Position numbers and translations under genes: made by a program. Positions 19,262 through 26,563 of a stretch of DNA of 32,000 bases are shown in pieces. The stretch's first letter is position 1; each line of letters starts with the position of its first letter. The notes under the pieces were generated by a model, which saw only the letters and a list, made by a program, of their open reading frames with translations, did not search any database and was not told the origin of the DNA. Origin of the DNA: Micromonas sp. (Eukaryota); the NCBI GenBank assembly GCA_000090985.2, contig CP001325.1, forward strand, positions 371,041 through 403,040, in the 5' to 3' direction.

Positions 19262-19798
19262 ATGGAGGTGTCGATTCGCCGCGTGGCGGCCGCGACGCGC
19301 ATCCAGGCGGCGTTCAGGGGTCGTCTCGTGAGGCGCGAGCTCATCGACGCCGTCCGCGTGGACTTCGAGGAGGTGATGCGCCGCGTCGAGGGCCCGCTCC
19401 GCTCGCTCGATTTAAACGCCGCGACGCCTTTGAAGCCGTGGGGGGAGCTCGGATGGAAGAGCCCGAGGCGGCTCTCTCCGCCGTCGGTTCTCGACCTGGA
19501 CATGGAGATCTCGCCGGATAGCGACGCGGGTAACGACGCGGCCGATCGCGCGCCGCGGATCGACGAGCGCGACGACGACGACGCGAGCGCGCGCGTCGCG
19601 TCGAGGGTGGCCGCGGCGATTGAAGGGGTCCGCCTCGTGCGTGCGCGGGCGGACGAGGGCGAGTCCGCGGCGGACGACGAGCGGGCGAGGGAGATGAGGC
19701 TGTCCACGCTGCGGCAGGAGCTCGCGTGGGCGAAGGCGGCGCTGGACGATCGAAGGCAGCACCTGAGGAGGCTACGATGGCAGCAGAGCCAGCGGTAG
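19262..19798 (+). CDS. Small (178 aa) IQ-motif protein with an acidic middle and a C-terminal coiled coil
   Basis: The track start at 19253 is GTG; the real ATG is at 19262 (MEVSIRRVAAATRIQAAFRGRLVRREL = IQxxxRGxxxR calmodulin-binding consensus). GC3-rich. Head-to-head with the chromatin-type gene, with a 196-bp spacer. Confidence 0.65.
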   Translation: MEVSIRRVAAATRIQAAFRGRLVRRELIDAVRVDFEEVMRRVEGPLRSLDLNAATPLKPWGELGWKSPRRLSPPSVLDLDMEISPDSDAGNDAADRAPRIDERDDDDASARVASRVAAAIEGVRLVRARADEGESAADDERAREMRLSTLRQELAWAKAALDDRRQHLRRLRWQQSQR

Positions 19799-20196
19799 TG
19801 GGTCCACCGAGACCCGGCAGATCCTCCGCGAGCGCGCGGTGTACTAACACGACACTAACAACGGCGAGACGAACGCGTCCGGTTCATCGTAATAAGACTG
19901 GTACATTATGTATTTTCCCGAGGTCTACGCGCGGGAAAAAGTTCGAATAGACTCCAACACACCCGCGGGCGCCGCGCACCCGCACGGCGGCCCGCCCCTC
20001 GCGACGCACGCCGCTCCATCCAGCACAAGCGCCGCGTGGGAAAAAAGCCTCACCGCCACCGCCGCTCTCATTCATCCCACGAGCCGGCGCGACGCGAATG
20101 CCGAATACCCATTCGCGTCCCCGCCCGCCCGCACCGAATTCGCAAATCAACCGCATCCATCGTCAGACGACGAACGAACGAACTGCCGCGAAGAAA

Positions 20197-20824
20197 TTAC
20201 TGGGAGTCGGAGGGGCGCTCCTTACCCTCCCAGGTGGCGTTCCACTGCTTGTCGTAGAAAGTGGCCTCGTCGGCGAGGACGTTGAGGGTGTCGAGATCTT
20301 CGAGTCGGCGGACGGTGAGGCAGAAGGCGACGGTGAGGAAGATGGCCGTCTTGCCGAGGAAGGACTGGTGGAGATCCACGAGACCGGCGCCGCCCGCGGC
20401 GTCGATGAGGTACGCGAACGCGTAGCCGACCATCGCGGCGCGGCCGTTGATCTTCTCAGCCTCGGGGAGGTGGAAGCGCTTCACCCACACCCACCACGGG
20501 ACGATGGAGGTATCGAAGAGGCCGTCCTCGTCGTACACGGCGGGGCAATCCTCGAGCGCCTTGCGGTGGACAACCTCGGCGTCGATCACGGCGTTCCAGT
20601 CGGTCTCGCCGTTGGGGAGCTTGAACTGGTTGAGGTCCCAGGTGCCGTTGACCCAGCGGGGATCGGACCACTCCTGGGTGCCGTTGGCGAAGAGGGCGCC
20701 CGTCTTGGCGGCGACGCCCGCGTCCTTGCCGGCAGCCTTCTCGCCCTCGAGGGTGCCTCCACGCTGAAGAGGGCCGGGGGCCTTCTTGGTGGTGGTCTCC
20801 GCGGCGGCGGCGCACTTGACGGCC
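20197..20824 (-). CDS. LIL3: LIL3 (light-harvesting-like protein 3), last exon. It encodes the mature protein, including the LHC/CAB helix.
   Basis: RWVNGTWDLNQFKLPNGETDWNAVIDAEVVHRKALED.P.....DGLFDTSIVPWWVWVKRFHLPEAEKINGRAAMVGYAFAYLIDAAGGAGLVD...F.GKT..F......L.VRR.EDLD.L..LADEATFYDKQW matches plant LIL3 throughout. The track's M at 20883 is GTG and no in-frame ATG precedes the conserved region. A pyrimidine-rich tract plus CAG acceptor ends at 20825. Confidence 0.88.
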
Positions 20825-21170
20825 CTGCGACGCGACGGGGAAAGGGAAGGGGCGACGAGGTCAGATGTGGCTCTTGTGTGCACCGGGAGGAGAGTTTGAC
20901 GATTGAGGACCCCATCGCGAGCGCGGGCACGCGCGGCGTCGATCGGAGACGGGATCGGGGCGTCTCACGGAGCCTCGCGACGGATGTAGACGCCGTCGGA
21001 GGACGCGGCGCGCGCCTCAAACCACGCGTCGCATCATCGCGACGCCGTCGCGAGCGCGTATCCGGTCCCCGTATCCGCGACACCGCGCGATAAAAGATAA
21101 CCCTCCGACACGGGATTTCCGTCGGAGTTTGGTTCGGGGTTGAGGGGCGAGCGCGGGGCGAGGGGCGCAC
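20825..21170 (-). other. Putative LIL3 intron 2 (346 nt): GTGCGC donor, CTGAC branch-like site, C/T-rich tract, CAG acceptor
   Basis: Minus-strand gtgcgcccctcg at 21170 ... atctgacctcgtcgccccttccctttccccgtcgcgtcgcag ending at 20825. If the microexon is not used, a single intron spans 20825..21413. Confidence 0.5.
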
Positions 21171-21197
21171 CTCTTGGCCTTGGAGGAGCGGACGGAC
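21171..21197 (-). CDS. LIL3: Putative 27-nt LIL3 microexon within the transit peptide (reads ..R SVRSSKAK R..)
   Basis: GTCCGTCCGCTCCTCCAAGGCCAAGAG is flanked by an upstream ...cccgtttcccttccccgcag acceptor and a downstream gtgcgc donor. It keeps phase with both neighbours. Because 27 is a multiple of 3, frame alone cannot distinguish inclusion from skipping. Confidence 0.45.
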
Positions 21198-21413
21198 CTG
21201 CGGGGAAGGGAAACGGGGGCGAGGTCGACGGTGTGGGTCAGTCGCGATGCTCAGAGAACGCGCGCGACGCTCGCGCGGGGCGCACATCCGGACCCGCTGA
21301 TGGGGCATATCGGCATCCTGTTCGCGTTGGCGTTCGCGATGGATTAAAAAGCGAGCCGGGGTTTGCACCGGAAACGACGCGCGTCGACGCGACGCGAGCC
21401 GAGCGAAGCGTAC
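21198..21413 (-). other. Putative LIL3 intron 1 (216 nt): GTACGC donor, gcgaCTGACcc branch-like site, pyrimidine tract, CAG
   Basis: Read on the minus strand. The donor immediately follows ...CTG TCC AG. Confidence 0.5.
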
Positions 21414-21475
21414 CTGGACAGGCCCGCGACCTTGCCAACCTTGAGGGTGGCCTGGGTAGCGATGGACATGGACAT
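21414..21475 (-). CDS. LIL3: LIL3 exon 1 (start codon plus the start of the plastid transit peptide: MSMSIATQATLKVGKVAGLS-)
   Basis: ATG at 21475..21473 in an acaaaaATGtcc context. The Ser/Ala/Thr/Lys-rich peptide is typical of green-algal transit peptides. The exon ends 2 nt into a codon and is followed by GTACGC. Phase joins correctly to 21197 or 20824, giving AGG=Arg in both cases. Confidence 0.7.
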
Positions 21476-21747
21476 TTTTGTAGGGTGCGGTTACTCTTTG
21501 AGCGGCGACGGAGGCACGCCCTGTACGAGGAATGAGCGCTCGGTCGGGTGCAGTTAGAGATTTGGAGATCCGAAGATCTCTTCGCTTTCGCGATTATTTT
21601 CACGATTTTTTGGTCCATCAGAATTTATGACGGTCTATTTCTTGGTTCGATTATATGGGAATGCCAATAAACAGGAATTTGCCGACTGAAACTCATACGA
21701 TCTGAAATTTGCAAATGGCAGTATCTACATTCCGATGCCGGGCTGCT

Positions 21748-21779
21748 CTGATTGGCAGCTGCTCTGCTCGGCCAATCAG
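21748..21779. promoter_or_regulatory. Perfect inverted pair of CCAAT-box motifs (ctgattggc N14 gccaatcag) about 270-300 bp upstream of the LIL3 start
   Basis: 9-bp arms are exact reverse complements. The element lies in the AT-richer spacer 21476..22104. Confidence 0.35.
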
Positions 21780-22104
21780 CGATCGACCCATCAGCATCTG
21801 CGGGAAAAGGCGAAAACGAGCCAACGACAGCGACGTAGCCGAGAGAAGATGAACAGAACAGGCAACAGACAATGGGGGCTTTCGGGCGCGTCGGCTATCG
21901 ACCATGACGACACGTTCGATGATTATCATGCTGCTTTCGCTTACTTACAAAGTTTTCGTATCGTCGCCGCCCGCGCGATCGCGGCGAAGACGAGGTTCGA
22001 CTCGTCTTCGCCCCCGCACCGCGAGGACAGACTCTAGGTGGGAACAGAAAAGTCAAAAACAATTGTTGCGTTGCGTATCTCTCATGCTGCTGTTTGCCGG
22101 GTCC

Positions 22105-24888
22105 TCAACGGGGACCCGCGGACGCGTCCTGCTCCTCGCCCACGTCCACGTCCGCCATCGTGCCCGTCGCGATTTGCTCCCCGTCGGCGGTGACGTTGAC
22201 GTTCACCATCGCCGACGCCTCCACGTCGCCGTCTGGCGCGAATTCATCCGACGCGTCGACAAACACCGGTACGTGTTCCTCGGGTTCCTCCGTCGCGACG
22301 ATGTTGGATGATGCCGTGGTGAAGATGTCCTTCGGGGGTTTGGGCGGCGTCGCTTCCTCCACCGCCGCCCGTTCCATGGCGTCGAAGAATTCCTCGTCGA
22401 GGGGATCGGCGATGGAGTCTCCGGCGGCGGCGGAGATGGCTTGCGCAATCTCCGCGAGAACCTTGACGTTGAGCGATCCGTCGAGGAGCGCCTGCTCCGT
22501 TCGGAGCTCCCTGACGACGTCGTGGAGGAGCTTGGTGCTGCCTTCTTCCTTGACGGTTCCGTCGACCATGTGGAGGAGGACCGGCGCCTGCTTGGGGTCC
22601 GGCCTCCACGTGTCGACAACCTCGACGAGCGCCACCTCGTCGTGCAGGCTGAGGTTGAGGCCGAGGGCGCGGTTATTTCCAGACTGCCACGTGGCATTCT
22701 CCAGCGCCGCCGGTCCCTCGCCGTCGATCACGACGTACTTGTACTCGTACGTGTCGTCCGCGTGGATCGGGGTGGTCACCGTCCACACGTTCCCCTCGGT
22801 CCACACCATCGGAAACGCCGCGGAGATGTCCCAGTCGTTCCACGTGCCGACCATGGCGACGCGCTGGCCGGGCATGGTCTCGACGGCGATCTCAAACTTG
22901 ACCGGGATGTCGATGTCGCCGGACTTGTAGGACCTCCACCGGCCCATGCGCTCGTTGTGCTTGACCATCTTGATCGCGTTCTCCTTGGCGATCTCGTGCG
23001 CGCGGACCATCGCCTGTTCGAGATCCGCCCTGAGCGCCGCGTCCGCCGCCGCCGCCGCCTTGGTAGCCTCCAGGTCCGCTTTCAGCGCCGCCGTCTCGCC
23101 GGATGCCTTCTCGAGCTGCTTGAACGCGTCGCCGTCGCGCGCCTCCAGCGCCTTGGCCTGGGCCTCGAGCTTGGCGCGAAGCTCGTTAGCCTCGTTCATG
23201 ACGCGGCCCAGCTCTTGCTCCATGTCCAGGTTCTGCTGCACCGAGTCGCGGGAGGTGTCGTCCATCATCTGCTTCAGCACGTCCATGTCTTGACGCACGT
23301 CGCTGAGCTCCTTTTCGGCATCCGCGCGCGCCTGCTGCGCCGCGCGCATCTCAGCCTCCATCGCCTGGAGTCGATCAGACGCAATCGCAACCTCAGTCTC
23401 GAGCTCGGCGCGAATCGCCTCGATCTTCTTCATGGCCTCGACGTCGGACTCGTCCGCAGCCTTGGCAGCCTCCTCCTCGGTAGCCTCGAGCTTGGACTTG
23501 GTCTCCTTCAGTTCCTTCTCCATGGCGAGGAAGTTCTCCTTGGTGGTCTTCTCCCAATCTTCGCGGTCCTTGCGCCACGCCTCGAGCTCAGCCTTGGCCT
23601 TCTGGGCACCCTCGAGCTCGCCCTCGTACTTGGCGCGGAGCTCGTCAGCCTCCTTCATCATCGTCTCGCGGACAGTCTCCGCGGCGGATTTGGCGTCCAT
23701 GAGTTCAGCCCTGAGCGTGGATGTCTCGCCGAGCGCCTTCTCGAGATCAGCCTTGGCCCGCGTGAGCTCCTCGTCCGCGGCAGCCTTGTACTTCTCCAGC
23801 GTCTCCGTCTTGAGCTGGTACGCCTCCTCGAGCTTCTTAGCGTCGTCGGACCTCGCCGCGTCGAGATCTTTCTGAACCGCCTCCAGCTTCTCGGCGGCGG
23901 CGCTCTCCGCAGCCTCGAGCTTGGCCAACAGGTCCGCTCGCGCGCGCTCGAGCTTTTCGGCGGCGGCTTTGTCGGACGCCTCCAGCATCTCCTCGGCCGC
24001 CTTCTCCGCCGACTCGATCTCGGTCCTGGCGGCGGCGAGCTCAGCGTTCGCCGCCTCCAGCTTCTCGGCGGAGGCCTTCTCGACCGCCTCCAGCTTCTCG
24101 GCGGAGGCCTTCTCGACCGTCTCCAGCTCAGCCTTGAGCGCCTTCTCGACCGTCTCCAGCTCAGCCCTGGCGGCGCTCTGCGCGGCTTCGAGTTTCTCCG
24201 CGGCGGCGGCGTCGGCCGCCTCCATCTCGGACTTCCACCTGGACTCGACCTCGGCGATGGCCGCGTCAGCCTCCGACTTGGCCTGCGCCTCGATCTTCTG
24301 CGCGAGGAGTTCCTTCTCCTTGACCACCGCCGCGAGCGCCTCTCGCGCCTCCTCCACCTCGCGCGCCTGCTCAGCCTCCCGCATCATGAACTTCGCCTCG
24401 AGCTTCTCCATCTCGAACGTCGCCCTCTTGTTCATCTTCGTCTCCAGATCGGTCGCCTTCTTCTCGAGCTCGTCCCTCTGCTTCGCCGCCGACGCGTGTT
24501 CTTTGATCATCGCCGCGAGCTTTTCCTCGGCATCCTCGAGCCGCTCCGCCAGCTCCTGCTCGTGATCCGTGAGGAGCTCCTCCCTGGCCTTGGCGATCTC
24601 CGCCAAGGCGAATCGCCTGGCGGCGAGGACGACGGCGAGGAGCGCGGCGCACGGCGCAGCCGCGGCGAGCCCGACTTGCCACGCGGGCGTCTCCCTGACG
24701 ATGAGAGCCGCGAGCTCCTGGCGCGTCATCGCCTCCGCCGGGGTCTTGACCTCCTTCACGACCTCCACCTCCTTGACGTTGATGACGGGCGAGGCGTCCG
24801 AGCCGGATCCCTCGAGACCCGCGGCGAGCGCGACGACCGCGGACGACGGCGACGACGACGACGACGACGGTGAGATCATCGCCGCCGT

Positions 24889-24920
<32 letters not shown>

Positions 24921-25539
24921 CCTCCTCGGCGGCGACGACGAGGGCCTCCGCGACGGTCGCGGCGGTCGCGGGCGGCGCGAGTGCCGCGGCGGAGTTTCCC
25001 CTGCCGACCGCCGTCTTGAGGAGGTAGGACGCGGCGGTGGCGCCGGCGGCGGCCATGCCTCCGTTGACGACAGCATCCGGGAGGGCGTGCGCGCGGCGGG
25101 GCGCGACGAGGGACGCGCCGGCGATGGCGACGCCCGCGAGCGCCATCTTGATCGTCTTGCCCCAGGACTGCGGGAGCGCGGGAAGGGGACTTGGGGTTTC
25201 AGCGAGGGGCGAGCGAGGCGCGGGGCCGAGGCGATCGGGTCGGGAAGAATTAATTAATTCCGGGCCGACAGCACGGTTCTTCGGGTGCCGAGGAGACGCG
25301 GGTTCGCGCGCGCGCACGGGACGGACCTTGGCGCGCTTCTCCTCGCGGTTCTCGCCCGGGAACGGGGGAGGGGGTATCCATCGGGACTCCTCGGTCTCCG
25401 GTCCGCCGGACACCCGCGCTCGCACGACCACGCAGGTGGCGCGACCGGAAGCGCGCTGGGCGGCAATCCGGCTCCCGCCATCGCGGCGAGACCTCCACGG
25501 CGCGAGGGCGCCGGAGAAGGCGAGTGACGCCACGCTCAT
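22105..25539 (-). CDS. Plastid-targeted, membrane-anchored long coiled-coil protein with a C-terminal CBM20 starch-binding domain and an acidic tail. Its architecture resembles an MFP1-like anchor/coiled coil fused to a SAGA1-like CBM20.
   Basis: ATG at 25539. Transit-peptide-like N-terminus. Poly-Ser tract. Hydrophobic segment VGLAAAAPCAALLAVVLAA. About 560 residues of Glu/Lys/Ala heptad/hendecad coiled coil. CBM20 at roughly 22640..22920: VKFEIAVETMPGQRVAMVGTWNDWD...PMVWTEGNVWTV..P.....YEYKYVVIDG......ATWQSGNNRAL. Confidence 0.85.
24053..24118 (-). repeat. Perfect 33-nt tandem duplication (gcctccagcttctcggcggaggccttctcgacc x2, 11 codons each), embedded in a wider 33-nt-periodic block (about 23990..24190)
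   Basis: Units at 24053..24085 and 24086..24118 are identical. The next two 33-nt units (from 24119 and 24152) share gtctccagctcagcc. The encoded peptide is ...AELETVEKALKAELETVEKASAEKLEAVEKASAEKLEAANAELA... Confidence 0.9.
25168..25317 (-). other. Candidate 150-nt in-frame, stop-free intron in the transit-peptide region of the CBM20 gene
   Basis: A GTGCGC donor at 25317 (the same hexamer as the CorA and LIL3 donors), ...gctgaaaccccaagtccccttcccgcgctcccgcag ending at 25168, and an AT-rich core (ggaattaattaattcttcc) using codons (TTA ATT AAT TCT) that are otherwise almost absent from coding sequence here. The length is divisible by 3, so the ORF alone cannot decide. Confidence 0.4.
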
Positions 25540-26230
25540 CGCGCCAACGGCTGACGGGAGTGGCGCGTTCGGTCAATGAGAGGTCCCTCGAGATGCGAAC
25601 ACGCCCGTGCGCCGCGCCGAGGGTTCGCTTCGATGCGCCCGGCGCGCTCGATCACTGCGCGGCGCGGCGTTGCTCGTTTCCCGGTTTATTTCCCAGGAAG
25701 TTTCTGAGAGTTGAACTTTCGGCGGAATGCGAAGAACTTTTCCGATACGAGCGAGGACGCGAAGGGCGATCGCTCGGGGGTGCGCGATCGACGACGCGTG
25801 AAACCGAGACGGTAGACGGGTCCGGAGACTCCCGTCGGTGCGGCGACGCGTCGGTGCGCCCGGATATATCGCGCCGAACGCGCTCTCCAGGTCCGAAACC
25901 GGCTCCGAAGTTTCGGAGGTCCCAGCAGTTCTAGCACCCCAAAAAAAGGCCGGTTCGGCCCAGCACACGGGAGCCTTTTGTTTGCACGTTTCTCTTGTGA
26001 CGTGTCGAGATATTTGTATTTGATTGGCCGGGTCGCCACGGTCTGAAAACGCCGAATTCTCAGCCGCGCCCGCGTATGGGATTCATTGCAGATATTTCGC
26101 CGATTCTGTTTGGAGGTCTCCCGACCACGCACCGCTCGAGAAGATTCCTCGAGCTGAATTTCGACAGATCCTAACTGTTCCTACGTAGGTCAGGCTTCGA
26201 GTTTATGGTTAACGACGATCGAAAATAGGT

Positions 26231-26247
26231 CACGTGACTGTCACGTG
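26231..26247. promoter_or_regulatory. Two tandem G-box/E-box cores (CACGTG n5 CACGTG; tcacgtgactgtcacgtgc) in the 874-bp divergent spacer between the CBM20 gene and CorA
   Basis: Read directly. They lie about 170-180 bp upstream of the CorA ATG. A reverse CCAAT box (gattgg) lies at about 26022..26027. Confidence 0.35.
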
Positions 26248-26413
26248 CTCCTCGATGTTCCTTTCTTCGGGTCCACGTTGTGAGAAAACGCGTTCAGCGC
26301 CGACATCGACCAACGTTGACAGAGTCGGCACGCGGTTATCGAGGGCAAACTCTCTGGCGAAGTAGACCGTCTCCGCTGACCCGAGCGCGGAAGATCGAAC
26401 CGGAGCGACCGAG

Positions 26414-26468
26414 ATGGAGCCGCCTCAGGCGAGGGGGAGATTCCAGCAGGCGGTGCAGGAGATACAAG
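26414..26468 (+). CDS. CorA/MRS2-type Mg2+ transporter, exon 1 (MEPPQARGRFQQAVQEIQ-)
   Basis: ATG at 26414. The exon ends 1 nt into a codon and is followed by GTGCGC. It is required because the strongly coding frame of exon 2 extends upstream to 26564 but contains no ATG after the in-frame stop at 26533; the track's M at 26737 is GTG. Confidence 0.65.
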
Positions 26469-26563
26469 GTGCGCGCATCATCGGAACCGCCGCCCCGCCG
26501 CGCTTTTTTCTGGGCTGCATCGTTCATTGACGTAACAATCCCCCCGCCCCTCGCAATGCGCAG
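26469..26563 (+). other. CorA intron 1 (95 nt): GTGCGC ... cattgacgtaac ... tccccccgcccctcgcaatgcgCAG
   Basis: Donor, branch-like TTGAC/GTAAC, pyrimidine tract and CAG acceptor are all present. Splicing restores the frame (G + CC = Ala). Confidence 0.65.

Noticed and set aside
20825-20883. Track start MHTRATSDLVAPSLSPSRRR for LIL3
   Set aside because: The codon at 20883 is GTG. The stretch uses rare codons (ACA AGA TCT CCT CTT) and forms a pyrimidine tract ending in CAG, so it reads as the intron 3' end rather than coding sequence.
21500-22100. Possible small gene in the AT-richer spacer (ORFs 21735..22037 plus, 21693..21929 minus)
   Set aside because: Codon usage is unlike all confident genes here (low GC3), and there are no motifs. 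The region is better explained as the LIL3 promoter plus the 3'UTR of the CBM20 gene.
22441-24873. 810-aa plus-strand ORF (Leu/Arg/Gly/Glu-rich) covering most of the coiled-coil gene region
   Set aside because: It is antisense to a gene with a recognisable CBM20 domain and coiled coil. Its composition is the mirror image of a Glu/Lys/Ala coiled coil, and it has no motifs. It is a stop-poor shadow frame caused by GC3 bias.
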